From IMG/VR virus record IMGVR_UViG_3300046792_000244, positions 1,090 to 65,089 of that record: a DNA stretch of 64,000 nt; one strand, written 5' to 3'. Source of the stretch: a virus. Taxonomy: Duplodnaviria; Caudoviricetes. Position 1 is the stretch's first letter, and each line of letters starts with the position of its first letter. The translations under genes were made by a program, and so were the position numbers. The notes under the pieces are model-generated. The model did no database searches. It was not told the DNA's origin and worked only from the letters and a program-made list of their open reading frames with translations. Of the stretch, positions 30,632 to 39,926 are shown one piece after another.

Positions 30632-32784
30632 GCGGTGGCGGCGACCCCATCAAGATCACGAACACCGAGAACAAGGTCGGTGCGCTGCGCGTTCAGTCGG
30701 CGACGCAGGGCATGCCCGTGCAGATCGCCTATGGCCTGACGCGTGTGTCTCCGAACATGGCCTGGTACGACGACTTCACGGCGATTGCGCACACCACGGT
30801 GACGGAAAGCGGCGGCGGCGGCGGCAAAGGCGGCGGCGGCGGTGGCGTGACGACGACCGACACGACGTACACCTACACGGTGGCGTGTCTGCTGTCGTTG
30901 TGCGAAGGCCCGATCGGTCACTCCACAGAAGGCAGCCCGCAAATCGTCAACCGCGTGTGGAAGGGAAAAGAAAAGCCAGGCCTTGAATTCGCCGAGTATC
31001 AAGGCTCGTGGAGCAATGCAACAGGCCAGACACCCTACGGCTATATCGTCACGAATCATCCCGAGCAGGCGCTGAGCTATAGAAATACAGCGTACCTCGC
31101 ATCAGGGTCTCTCGACCTCGGTTCGTCGACGAGCATTCCAAACTACTCGTTCGAAGTATTCGGCCTGCTCGACCCGAGTTTGTGCACGCCAGATGTGAAC
31201 CCGAAGGACGTGTTGATCGACGTGCTGACAGCGCCTAACTACAGCGCCAATTTCCCGAGCGATTATCTCGACGTGCTTGAGAACTTCGGCAACTTCTGTG
31301 CGGCCTCGAATTTCATGTGCGCGCCGCTGTATTCATCGCAGCGGCCGGCGGCTGACATCGTGAAAGAACTCTGCATGATCGGCAACAGCGCGCCGGTCTG
31401 GTCTGAGGGAAAACTCAAGGTCATTCCATACGGCGACGAAACCGTCGCGCACACGCCGAATGTCTACAGTAATTCCGGCAATTGCACGCTGGGCGCCGAG
31501 AGGACATGGATTCCAGACCTCACGGTTCAATATGACCTGACCGTCGATGATTTCATTGCCGACCCTGGCACAGATCCCGTCGTCGTTAATCGCAAACGCC
31601 AAAGCGATGCGTATAACTCGGTGCAGGTCGAGATACTTGATCGCGACAATGATTACAACGTGCTCGTGTGTTCGGCCGACGACCTCGGAACCGTCGAGCA
31701 GTTCGGTCTGCGCCAGGCTGATCCCGTCATCATGCATTCGGTGTGCAATGCCAACATCGGTCGCGCCATTGCTCAGGCTCAGCTGCAGCGCACTCTCTAC
31801 GTGCGAAACACCTACGCGTTTCAAGTCGGTTGGAAGTTCGCGCGCCTGGAACCCATGGACATCGTGAGCCTCACCGAGCCGACGATTCCGCTCGACCACT
31901 ACGCCGTGAGAATCACCGAGGTGGAAGAGGACGAAGACGGCATGCTGTCGATCGTCGCCGAGGATCTCAGCGCCGGCACGGGCACGCCGGGAAGCTATGC
32001 GACGCAGCCATCGTCTGGCGTGTCGATCGACACCTCGATCGCCCCCGGTGATGCTTCGGCACCCGTGATTTTTCAGCCGCCGGTTGAGCTCAGTGGTGTG
32101 CCGCAAATCTGGCTCGGTGCCGCCGGCGGCATCTATTGGGGTGGCGCTCAGGTCTGGGTGAGCGACGACGACGCCTCCTACGTGCAGCTCGGCACGCTTG
32201 GATCTGCGGCACGCTATGGCGAACTCACTGCCAACTTCCCGGCCGGCGGCGACCCCGATACCACGCACACGCTCAGCGTCGACTTCAACATCTCAGCAGC
32301 GACGATGACGAGCGCGACGCCGGCGCAAGCCGATGGCAACGACACGCTGTCGTGGCTCGACGGTGAGATCGTGGCCTACTCGACGGCGATTCTCACGGCG
32401 CCGTACACCTACGATTTCACGTCGTACATTCGCCGGGGTCTGCGCTGCAGTTTTGAAGGCAACCACCTGGCGGGCTCGAAATTCATGCGACTCGATGGCG
32501 CCGTCGGAAAGTTCGGCATCGCATCGTCGCGTGTCGGTTCGACGCTCTACCTCAAGTTGGTGAGCTTCAACATCTATGGGCTCGGCCTTCAGGATCTCGC
32601 CTCGGTGACGCCGTATACCTATGTGGTGCAACCGCTGGGCATCGTCGCCGCCAATGGCGTGCTGCCCGATGTCATCACGGCAGAGCAGGTGCTTTGCATC
32701 CCACCGGCCACGCAGATGTCGATCTTTGGCCGCATGACGGTCTACGGTCGGATCAACTGCGACGGCCGTCTCATCATCAACTAG
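30628..32784 (+). CDS. Central tail tip/host-specificity protein (gpJ-like)
   Basis: PVQIAYG..IPNYSFEV..LEPMDIV..RRG..LYLKLVSFNIYG. Confidence 0.85.
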   Translation: MSGGGDPIKITNTENKVGALRVQSATQGMPVQIAYGLTRVSPNMAWYDDFTAIAHTTVTESGGGGGKGGGGGGVTTTDTTYTYTVACLLSLCEGPIGHSTEGSPQIVNRVWKGKEKPGLEFAEYQGSWSNATGQTPYGYIVTNHPEQALSYRNTAYLASGSLDLGSSTSIPNYSFEVFGLLDPSLCTPDVNPKDVLIDVLTAPNYSANFPSDYLDVLENFGNFCAASNFMCAPLYSSQRPAADIVKELCMIGNSAPVWSEGKLKVIPYGDETVAHTPNVYSNSGNCTLGAERTWIPDLTVQYDLTVDDFIADPGTDPVVVNRKRQSDAYNSVQVEILDRDNDYNVLVCSADDLGTVEQFGLRQADPVIMHSVCNANIGRAIAQAQLQRTLYVRNTYAFQVGWKFARLEPMDIVSLTEPTIPLDHYAVRITEVEEDEDGMLSIVAEDLSAGTGTPGSYATQPSSGVSIDTSIAPGDASAPVIFQPPVELSGVPQIWLGAAGGIYWGGAQVWVSDDDASYVQLGTLGSAARYGELTANFPAGGDPDTTHTLSVDFNISAATMTSATPAQADGNDTLSWLDGEIVAYSTAILTAPYTYDFTSYIRRGLRCSFEGNHLAGSKFMRLDGAVGKFGIASSRVGSTLYLKLVSFNIYGLGLQDLASVTPYTYVVQPLGIVAANGVLPDVITAEQVLCIPPATQMSIFGRMTVYGRINCDGRLIIN

Positions 32785-32793
32785 GGGCACGCC

Positions 32794-33258
32794 ATGAGCG
32801 AACTCGTTCTCACCGCAGAAGCAAATCCGGGCGCGCTCGGTGCCAACTTGTCGGCGTTCTTCTTCAACCTGTCGGGCGTGCCCAGCTATGTCGGAAACGA
32901 CGGCGTCGAGCACAATCTCCTCGCCTCGGGTGGAAACTTGCCGATCGCAAATGCCAACGTCAGCGGCAACATCACGCTGGCCGGCAACTTCGTGGTGTCG
33001 TCGGCGAACTCGGGAGTGACAGGCAATGCCACGATCAACAAGGCGACGGGTCGAGTCATCGCCGGCATTGCCGCCACCGTGCTCGTCGTCACCAACAACA
33101 TGGTGACGGCCAACTCGCACGTCTTCGCCCAGCCGTCGGCAAACGATGCTACCGGCCGGGTTACTGCCGTGACACCGGCGGCCGGAAACTTCACAATCTC
33201 GCTGACGGCACCCGCCGCCAACATGCCGATCGACTTCTTCGTCGTCACCGCCGGGTAA
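32794..33258 (+). CDS. Asn-rich virion protein (putative tail fibre component)
   Basis: 19 Asn in 154 aa, 6 sequons; follows tail tip. Confidence 0.6.
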   Translation: MSELVLTAEANPGALGANLSAFFFNLSGVPSYVGNDGVEHNLLASGGNLPIANANVSGNITLAGNFVVSSANSGVTGNATINKATGRVIAGIAATVLVVTNNMVTANSHVFAQPSANDATGRVTAVTPAAGNFTISLTAPAANMPIDFFVVTAG

Positions 33259-33279
33259 CCGGCCAGAAAGGATGTCACC

Positions 33280-33492
33280 ATGAACCCCTGGCTTGTTCTC
33301 GCCATCATCGCCGCCGTCTTTGCTGTCGTCGTCAGCCTGCGATCGATGCGCGCCGATCGCGAACTGCGCAACCAGGCTGGCGTCAAGACCGGGCCAGAAA
33401 CCGACTGGAAGCCGACGCAGCCAAGCGGTGAGGACGGTCATGTGACGACGCAAGACAGCGGTGGCGGCACGGTTCCGCAGCATCCGAAATGA
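33280..33492 (+). CDS. Small single-TM membrane protein
   Basis: N-terminal hydrophobic helix. Confidence 0.55.
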   Translation: MNPWLVLAIIAAVFAVVVSLRSMRADRELRNQAGVKTGPETDWKPTQPSGEDGHVTTQDSGGGTVPQHPK

Positions 33493-33851
33493 AGCACCGC
33501 AACACCGCGCTGGCACTTCTTCTCGTCGGCATGGCGCTGAGCTATGGCTGGCAGTGGGCACCCGAAGAGCTCATGGGAACCGCCTGGAACATCACGACGT
33601 CGGTCTTGGTGATCCTGCTGCTGGCGCTGCTTGGCCTCGTGCTGGCCAGCCCTGAAATCTGGCTCGTCGCTGCCCTGCTGGCGGTGTTCAAGCTCGTCGT
33701 CATCACCTGCGACGTCTGGTATGCCGTCGCGCCCTGGCCAGTGAAGCCCGGGCAGGCGCTGTGCTCGGCGCGCCTCAACCTTCCACTTGGCGTCGTCGGC
33801 CTCTTCCTCGGCGTCGTGCTCGCCGCTGCCATCTACAGGGGTAAACCATGA
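33489..33851 (+). CDS. Multi-TM membrane protein (holin candidate)
   Basis: About 4 hydrophobic helices; lysis region. Confidence 0.55.
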   Translation: MKHRNTALALLLVGMALSYGWQWAPEELMGTAWNITTSVLVILLLALLGLVLASPEIWLVAALLAVFKLVVITCDVWYAVAPWPVKPGQALCSARLNLPLGVVGLFLGVVLAAAIYRGKP

Positions 33852-34255
33852 CAGATGTCGTCACAACCGCTGCGGTTTGCGTGGCCACGGGCACGATCAC
33901 CGCGGGCTTTTGCGCGAGTTTCGGCTTCGACCCCAAGCTATTGATAGGTGGCACCGTCGGTGGTTTTCTCGGCTGCCTGATCGTGCAGACGCTGATTCCC
34001 GACAAGGCCGGTCTCGACTTCGCTGGCATCCTGAAAATCATGGTCGGCAGCGTGCTGCTCGCCACCGTGGCCACGCTGCTGTGCTCGCCTTGGGTGATCC
34101 GCACGCTGAATCTTGAAGAAGTGCCGGCCGGCGCGGTTCGTCTCGGCATCGGTGCCGTCATCGGTGCCTGCGCGCAGCCGCTGGCCATCATCGGCCGCGC
34201 GCGCCTCATCAAGTGGTTCGGCAGCGTAGGGCCAAAGGAGAACGGCAATGCTTGA
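33848..34255 (+). CDS. Multi-TM membrane protein (holin candidate)
   Basis: 3-4 hydrophobic helices, basic C-terminus. Confidence 0.55.
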   Translation: MTDVVTTAAVCVATGTITAGFCASFGFDPKLLIGGTVGGFLGCLIVQTLIPDKAGLDFAGILKIMVGSVLLATVATLLCSPWVIRTLNLEEVPAGAVRLGIGAVIGACAQPLAIIGRARLIKWFGSVGPKENGNA

Positions 34256-34613
34256 AACCCTGAACGCCACGGTCTGCGTCATCCTCATGGTGCTGCTGGC
34301 GCCGGTGGCCATCACCATGAATCACGCCGGCCACTGGCCGCAGCGCTTGGCATTCATCGTCGTCGCGCTGATCTTCAGCCTGCAGGTCGTGCAGCCGCTC
34401 TTCACCGAATGGCTGGCCGCGCCCACATGGTTGCAGACGGCTTTCAACGTCGTCGTCATGCTCGTCGTTCTATCGGCACGCCGTGAAATCATGGCCGTCG
34501 TCAGGCTGAGCGTGGGCAAAAGGCCTCCCGAGATGGAAGGGCACCCGCTGCGGCGCGCCGACGACATGCCAGCCGATTTTCTGAGCCAGGTGCACGGCCG
34601 AGGCAATCCATGA
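34248..34613 (+). CDS. 3-TM membrane protein (holin candidate)
   Basis: Three TM segments plus charged tail, directly before endolysin. Confidence 0.55.
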   Translation: MLETLNATVCVILMVLLAPVAITMNHAGHWPQRLAFIVVALIFSLQVVQPLFTEWLAAPTWLQTAFNVVVMLVVLSARREIMAVVRLSVGKRPPEMEGHPLRRADDMPADFLSQVHGRGNP

Positions 34614-35260
34614 TCACCACCGCGCTACTCATTTCGGCCGGCGTGCTGCCCACGCAGGCGCGCATCTGGTCGGCGCCGCTTGAAGCCGCTTGCCAGCGGT
34701 TTGAGATCCTCGCCGTCGACCAGCTGGCCGGCTTTCTTGCGCAGGCCATGCATGAGTCGGCCAGGTTCACGCGCCTGGAAGAGAACCTGATGTACAGCAA
34801 CCCGGCGCGCATCGCCGACATCTTCCGCAGCGGCTTCGACTTGAATCGCGACAGGCGCATCCAACCCGAGGAAATCGAGTTCGCGCGCGCCTATGTGGAC
34901 AAGCCCCGCGAACTGGCGTGCCGCGCCTATGCCGGCCGCAACGGCAACGGCGACGAGGCCAGCGGCGATGGCTGGCTGTTTCGAGGCAGTGGCCCCTTCC
35001 AGCTGACGGGCCGTGGAAACTTCCAGGCCTTCAGCCATGCCATCGGCGTCGACTACGTGGCAAACCCAGACCTCGTGCGCCAGGTGCCGGATGCCGGCGC
35101 CATGGCGGCCGGTTGGTTCTGGGCAGAGACTGGCTGCAACGACATCATGGCCGGCCACGGCGACTTCGATGCCACCACCAAGCGCATCAACGGCCCGGCC
35201 ATGCTGGGTGCCGCCGAACGCCGGGCGCTGTTCTACACGTGCAGGCAGGTGTTCGCGTGA
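34610..35260 (+). CDS. Endolysin, glycoside hydrolase family 19
   Basis: FLAQAMHES..LEENL.Y..GDGWLFRGSGPFQLTGRGN..AGWFW..TKRING. Confidence 0.92.
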   Translation: MITTALLISAGVLPTQARIWSAPLEAACQRFEILAVDQLAGFLAQAMHESARFTRLEENLMYSNPARIADIFRSGFDLNRDRRIQPEEIEFARAYVDKPRELACRAYAGRNGNGDEASGDGWLFRGSGPFQLTGRGNFQAFSHAIGVDYVANPDLVRQVPDAGAMAAGWFWAETGCNDIMAGHGDFDATTKRINGPAMLGAAERRALFYTCRQVFA

Positions 35261-35625
35261 ACCCGCTCAGCATCGTTCAAAAGGCGATTGCCTATGGCCT
35301 CGCAGCTCTGCTGGCGGTGTCAACTCTGGCAAACGTGTTGCTGTGGCTCGACAATGGCAGCCTCGAGCGCCGGCTGAAGACCTGCGATGAGCAGAAGGCC
35401 GAAGCCATCGGCAGCCTGACGCTGCAGAACACGGCCATCGCCGAGCTCAAGAAGCGTGCCGACGCCGCCGAAGCCGCGGCCAGCGCTGCCCTGGTTCGTG
35501 CCGAAGGCGCTGAAAAGGCCAACCGCAGCCGAATCCAGGCCCGCCAGGAGGCGATCGCGGCGCCGCCGGGGGGTAAGACGTGCTCGGATGCTTTGCGCAG
35601 CGTACGCGAGGGCCTGAGGCCATGA
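35257..35625 (+). CDS. Inner-membrane spanin (Rz-like)
   Basis: N-terminal TM then coiled coil, after endolysin. Confidence 0.75.
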   Translation: MNPLSIVQKAIAYGLAALLAVSTLANVLLWLDNGSLERRLKTCDEQKAEAIGSLTLQNTAIAELKKRADAAEAAASAALVRAEGAEKANRSRIQARQEAIAAPPGGKTCSDALRSVREGLRP

Positions 35626-35879
35626 CGCGCGCTTGTTTGCTGCTACTTTGCTGCAGCCTGGCAGCGTGCGCCACGCGGCCACCGGTGGCCAGCGTGCCCG
35701 TGCCGGTGTCGTGCGTGAAGGCGAAGCCGGTGCGGCCGGCGCTGACCACCGAGGCCGAACTCGCTCGGCTCGATGATTACCAGCTGGTGCTCGCGCTCGA
35801 TCTCTACCGCCTGCAGGCCGGGCCGTACGTGCTCAAGCTCGAGGCGGTTGTCGACGCCTGCGCAGCGGCCGCGCCCTGA
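35622..35879 (+). CDS. Outer-membrane spanin lipoprotein (Rz1-like)
   Basis: Lipobox LAAC, Pro-rich region. Confidence 0.75.
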   Translation: MTRACLLLLCCSLAACATRPPVASVPVPVSCVKAKPVRPALTTEAELARLDDYQLVLALDLYRLQAGPYVLKLEAVVDACAAAAP

Positions 35880-35882
35880 TGT

Positions 35883-36368
35883 CTATACTGCCGGCGTGCG
35901 CTCAGGCGTGGCAGTTCGACCCTGCCTCGCTGGCCTAGCTGCGGTAGAGGACGGCGGTGGTAACCAACCCACATCCGAGCCTGGGCTGGTGGGTCGCTTC
36001 ATAGCGGCCACACCTGAGCGCACCAAAACAACAGGAATTCCTTTGAACATCTGCTGGTGCTCGGCGCACAACGCGTCGATGCCGGCCGTGTAGTGTTTGC
36101 ATGTTTCTGGCCTGTTCGCATAATCGGAGCATCGGCCATCAGCACCAAGCCATCGGCAGTTGAATTGCACGGCTACCTTCCCTGTTTGTTCATGGGCATC
36201 GCTGCCGATGAACAATCTCACGGGATAGAACGGAACCCTGCGACGACGCATTTCTTTCCTGGCTTCTTGCTTCCATCGAGTCGCATCGAATCGCAAACTC
36301 AGTATGAAGCCGCTGCAGCAAGCGCCAGGGGAGCGACAGGTTTCACAGAGGTTTTCTGCCATAGTCAT
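35883..36368 (-). CDS. YkgJ-like Cys-cluster (Zn/Fe-chelating) protein
   Basis: CETC..GACC..CRWL..GRCSDYANRPETCKHY. Confidence 0.75.
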   Translation of the reverse strand: MTMAENLCETCRSPGACCSGFILSLRFDATRWKQEARKEMRRRRVPFYPVRLFIGSDAHEQTGKVAVQFNCRWLGADGRCSDYANRPETCKHYTAGIDALCAEHQQMFKGIPVVLVRSGVAAMKRPTSPGSDVGWLPPPSSTAARPARQGRTATPERTPAV

Positions 36369-36544
36369 CCTGCCGCCGTCGCCTTTTCCCAGATATCGTT
36401 CAGGGTGTCGGCTTGCTTCTTCGTGAGGCCGGTGCCGTCTCGCAGCCATTTCCCAATGCTGTCGACAAACCCGCGCTCCCAATCGCTCAGTCGCGACTCA
36501 CGGGCTTCGCAGTCGGCGACCATCTGCAACTGCTCTTCCATCAC
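36365..36544 (-). CDS. Hypothetical protein
   Basis: LSDWERGFVDSI..LTKKQ; coupled overlaps. Confidence 0.6.
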   Translation of the reverse strand: MMEEQLQMVADCEARESRLSDWERGFVDSIGKWLRDGTGLTKKQADTLNDIWEKATAAG

Positions 36545-36771
36545 TTGTCTCCCACCCAGAAGCAAACGTAGCGGCCAAGCGGCAGCCGCGGGCAACCTGG
36601 CCGACGCTGCATGAGCGGCACGATGCCGCCCTGCCCGCCGAGCACGACGTCGAGTTCAAACGTCGGCTCGCCGCTCACATGGCCGGGATGCTTGAGCTTG
36701 TAGGCGTCGATCACGGCCTGCGCCTCAGCGCGTTTACGCTTCAGCCATTCGGGCATGAACTCGTCTTTCAT
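36541..36771 (-). CDS. Hypothetical protein
   Basis: Coupled ORF in leftward operon. Confidence 0.5.
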   Translation of the reverse strand: MKDEFMPEWLKRKRAEAQAVIDAYKLKHPGHVSGEPTFELDVVLGGQGGIVPLMQRRPGCPRLPLGRYVCFWVGDK

Positions 36772-36774
36772 GGC

Positions 36775-37497
36775 CTACTTCTTCGCCTTGCACTGCCATG
36801 TCTGGCCGGGCGCCAGCACGCGCTCGCAGGGCAGCACGGTCTTGACGCGCTTGCGTGGCTTCACGACCGGAAGTTCGACCGTCGGAACATAGATCAGCGT
36901 CGGCTGGGTTGGCAGCGGCGGAAGCTTCAGGGCGTCGCACTCCGCGCGCGTCAGGTCGAGGTAGGCGGTTCCGCTCGACTTGAAGCCCGGCAGAAGCTTA
37001 GCGGTGAGCAGATCCTGCACTTGCTTGGCACTGGCGTACTGGCATTGCTCTACGTAGGCGTTGCGCAGCGCGATGAGCACGCAGTCGCTGTTGTCGGTGC
37101 GGCCGTGGGCGACGCTGGCGAAATTCCAGCCGATCGACGCCGCATCGTTTGTAATGCTGACGCCGGCCGGGCAGTCGACGGCCGCCATGGGTGGCGTGAA
37201 GACCGGCGCCGGCAGAACGTACATGTGGCTCGAGAAGCTCGACGCGTCGCTGACGTTGCCGCCCTGGCCGATGCCGACGGCGTTCTGCTGCTGGCCCTGA
37301 TGTTGCCCCTGGTGCTGGGCGGCGCTGGCATCAGCCGCGGCCGTCGCGCTGGCGGTGCTGCTGGTCGACGTAGACGGTGCAGGTGATGCAGGCGTGCAGG
37401 TCGGCCAGTTCGTCGCGCCGTTCGTGCAGTGCGTGGCGTGTGCCGCCGCGTAGGCCAGAATCAGGGCAGTAAGTGCCGCCGGTTTGAGGAATCGCAT
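36775..37497 (-). CDS. Secreted Cys-containing hypothetical protein
   Basis: Signal peptide ending AHA, Ser/Thr linker, QHQGQ repeats; GGAG RBS. Confidence 0.65.
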   Translation of the reverse strand: MRFLKPAALTALILAYAAAHATHCTNGATNWPTCTPASPAPSTSTSSTASATAAADASAAQHQGQHQGQQQNAVGIGQGGNVSDASSFSSHMYVLPAPVFTPPMAAVDCPAGVSITNDAASIGWNFASVAHGRTDNSDCVLIALRNAYVEQCQYASAKQVQDLLTAKLLPGFKSSGTAYLDLTRAECDALKLPPLPTQPTLIYVPTVELPVVKPRKRVKTVLPCERVLAPGQTWQCKAKK

Positions 37498-37524
37498 GTT
37501 GGTCTCCGGTCAGGGCAAGTCGCC

Positions 37525-37611
37525 CGGGCAGCACCGAAATCACAGTGGCTCACGGAAGGCTGGGCGGCAAACCGCGTGGCCGAGTCTCTGTCTCTCATTC
37601 GGTGCTGCCCG
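37525..37611. repeat. 14-bp perfect inverted repeat enclosing a structured spacer
   Basis: CGGGCAGCACCGAA (37525-37538) / TTCGGTGCTGCCCG (37598-37611), intergenic. Confidence 0.75.
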
Positions 37612-37628
37612 CGCGGCTCGCGGTTGCT

Positions 37629-37829
37629 TCAGCGCAAAGCCTCATGAATTCGGCGCAGATCGTCGTCGGTCGGCTCACGATCGAGCGACAGCAGCAGCGC
37701 CTTCTTGTTGTCGAACATGCGCGAGACGCCGATCGCGCGCGCTTTTTTCCAATCTGCGGCTTTGCAGTCTTTGCACCATGGGTTGTAGAACTTGTGAGCG
37801 CTACAGCAAGCCGGTGGGAGTGTGCTCAT
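37629..37829 (-). CDS. Small Cys-rich hypothetical protein
   Basis: ATGA overlap with SDR stop. Confidence 0.5.
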   Translation of the reverse strand: MSTLPPACCSAHKFYNPWCKDCKAADWKKARAIGVSRMFDNKKALLLSLDREPTDDDLRRIHEALR

Positions 37830-38512
37830 TTCGCCAGGAACCCGCCGTCGAGCACCACCACCGTACCGGTTGTCCACGGCGCGTCGGTCAACAGCCGGAT
37901 GGCTTCCCTGGCCACGACCTCGGCGCTGCCGAAGCCCAGCGGGTGCGCCGCCACGTAGGCATCCTGCGCACCCTGCGTCATGCGCGCCGTAATGCGGTCG
38001 TGCATCGGCGTGCGCACGGCGCCGGCTGCGATGGCGTTCACGCGGATGCCGCGCGGCGCGAGCTCGATGGCGGCCGATCGTGTGAGTGCGTCGACGGCGC
38101 CTTTGCCGGCGCTGTAGGCTGCCATGCCGGGCGCGCCGCGCTGAGCTGCCACGCTCGACATCAGCACCACGCTGCCGCCGTCGTTCATCACGCCCTTCGA
38201 CGCCACGGCGCGCAGGATGCCGAAGGCACTCGTCGCCGCCATCATCGACTCCGACCAATTGAGATCGGTGGTCATCCGTAGAGGCGACACCAGCGCGACG
38301 CCGGCTGCGTGAAAAATGCCATCAAGCGGGCCGTGTGCTTGTGCAAGCGCGCGCAGAGCTTGCGTCACCGCGCCGGCATCATTGAAGTCGCAATCGGTGC
38401 GGCCAAGTCGGTGCACGTCGAAGCCGAGGCCTTCGGTGCCGTGCGGGTCGAGCCATTCCCACACCTGATGCCCGATACCAGACGAGGCGCCCGTGATAAG
38501 GAAGCGGCTCAT
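37826..38512 (-). CDS. SDR oxidoreductase (3-oxoacyl-ACP reductase-like)
   Basis: TGASSGIG, SS, YSAGK catalytic motif, IRVNAIAAG. Confidence 0.9.
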   Translation of the reverse strand: MSRFLITGASSGIGHQVWEWLDPHGTEGLGFDVHRLGRTDCDFNDAGAVTQALRALAQAHGPLDGIFHAAGVALVSPLRMTTDLNWSESMMAATSAFGILRAVASKGVMNDGGSVVLMSSVAAQRGAPGMAAYSAGKGAVDALTRSAAIELAPRGIRVNAIAAGAVRTPMHDRITARMTQGAQDAYVAAHPLGFGSAEVVAREAIRLLTDAPWTTGTVVVLDGGFLAK

Positions 38513-38709
38513 GGCATCACCCGCCAGACCATGATCAGCATCGAGGCGGCGAAGGCCAGAAAGCCGATGCCGGCGAGCGTGAAGGCGCACCACAGCATGC
38601 GTGGGAAGCGCTCAGGCTTGCCACTGATGACCGTGGGAATGGGATTCTTGAAGAGCTTCACCATCAAGATCCCGAGGAAGATCAAAAACAAACCGATGGC
38701 AGCCATCAC
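38509..38709 (-). CDS. Small 2-TM membrane protein
   Basis: Two hydrophobic helices. Confidence 0.55.
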   Translation of the reverse strand: MMAAIGLFLIFLGILMVKLFKNPIPTVISGKPERFPRMLWCAFTLAGIGFLAFAASMLIMVWRVMP

Positions 38710-38924
38710 GCCTCCTTTTCTGGGGTGACTACGGTCAAATCCACATCGGGATGCATCACGAGGATGCGCTCGGCGATGTGCGCGAGTTCTGGCCGCGATT
38801 TGAGCCAGGCTGAGAAGTGGCGCATCTGCTCGTGGTTGAGTGCCTTTTGCGGCCGCACGACGAGCACGTCGCCGGGTTTCATGGTGAGGCAGGCAACGTC
38901 GAGAATGAGTTGGGTCGCATCCAT
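38706..38924 (-). CDS. Hypothetical protein
   Basis: MKPGDVLVVR; coupled ORF. Confidence 0.55.
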   Translation of the reverse strand: MDATQLILDVACLTMKPGDVLVVRPQKALNHEQMRHFSAWLKSRPELAHIAERILVMHPDVDLTVVTPEKEA

Positions 38925-38933
38925 GGCATTCCT

Positions 38934-39926
38934 TCAGAGTTCAACGACCTTGACGAATTCCAGGCCGGTGAGGTCGACCGAAGCCGCGCCCCACGACCAG
39001 CCCGAACCGAAGCCCAGCATGGCGGCGCGCCTGATCATGATTCGATCGCTTGGCATGTGCCACCAGTCGGCCAGCAGAAGTGGAATAGACGCGCTCGAGC
39101 AGTTGCCGAAGCGCTCAAGGTTTGTCGGGATCTGCTTAGGGGAAAAGTGCTCAAGCAGGCGCGTCTTCTTCACGAGGTGGTCGAGCATGAACTTGTTCGC
39201 CTGATGGAAGAGCAGCAGGTCAGGCATGGGCGTGAGCGCCGTCAGGTCTTCGACGAGGCCGGGCACGCGCTTGAGCGTGAAGTTGAAGACGGCGGCGCCA
39301 TCCATGTGCATGTGCGCCCGGTTGTGCGGCGTCACGTTGACTTGGCTCAGCCGGTCGTTGTTGACACCATCGCAGCCCGTGATGAAGAAGTCGCTGGCCA
39401 TGGGGTCGAACTCGACGGCCGTGGCGCTGCCGGCGTCACCGAAGAGCGGCGCCGTGGCTCGATCGGCTGGGTCGCACATGCGGCTGGACACATCGCCGAC
39501 GAGCAGCAGCACGCGCGCATCGGGCCGCGTGGCCAGCTTCTGCGCGAGCTTCAAGCCCTTGACGTAGCCCGAGCACGAGTAGTTGACCTGCACGACATCG
39601 CACGACTGGTCGAGTTGAAGCCTGTGGTGCAGCGTGAAGGCAGGCGCTGGCATGCGCTGATTCGGGGTCTGCGTGACGAAGACGAGCGCGGTGACCGTCT
39701 TTGATGCCCACTGCAAGCCATTGAGCAGCGCCGCCGCGGCTTCGAAGCACAAGTCCTCGGCGTCGCCGTTGACTGAAATGCGACGCGCATCCACACCCGT
39801 CACCTTCGCGGCTTCTTCGGCCATGAGCCAGCCAGCTGAAGGCAGGATGCCGCTGGGCACGCAGGCCACGATGCCGCGGATGCGGCCGGTGCCGGATTCA
39901 AAGAGGTTGCCGTTGCGTGTCGTCAT
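38934..39926 (-). CDS. 3-oxoacyl-ACP synthase III (FabH-like)
   Basis: Triad Cys (YSCSGY), His (FHQAN), Asn (FGNCSSASIP); LFGDAGSA; GFGSGWSW. Confidence 0.93.
   Translation of the reverse strand: MTTRNGNLFESGTGRIRGIVACVPSGILPSAGWLMAEEAAKVTGVDARRISVNGDAEDLCFEAAAALLNGLQWASKTVTALVFVTQTPNQRMPAPAFTLHHRLQLDQSCDVVQVNYSCSGYVKGLKLAQKLATRPDARVLLLVGDVSSRMCDPADRATAPLFGDAGSATAVEFDPMASDFFITGCDGVNNDRLSQVNVTPHNRAHMHMDGAAVFNFTLKRVPGLVEDLTALTPMPDLLLFHQANKFMLDHLVKKTRLLEHFSPKQIPTNLERFGNCSSASIPLLLADWWHMPSDRIMIRRAAMLGFGSGWSWGAASVDLTGLEFVKVVEL

Noticed and set aside
30808-30846. GGC trinucleotide repeat as a contingency locus
   Set aside because: Encodes the in-frame GGGGGKGGGGG linker common at the start of tail-tip proteins
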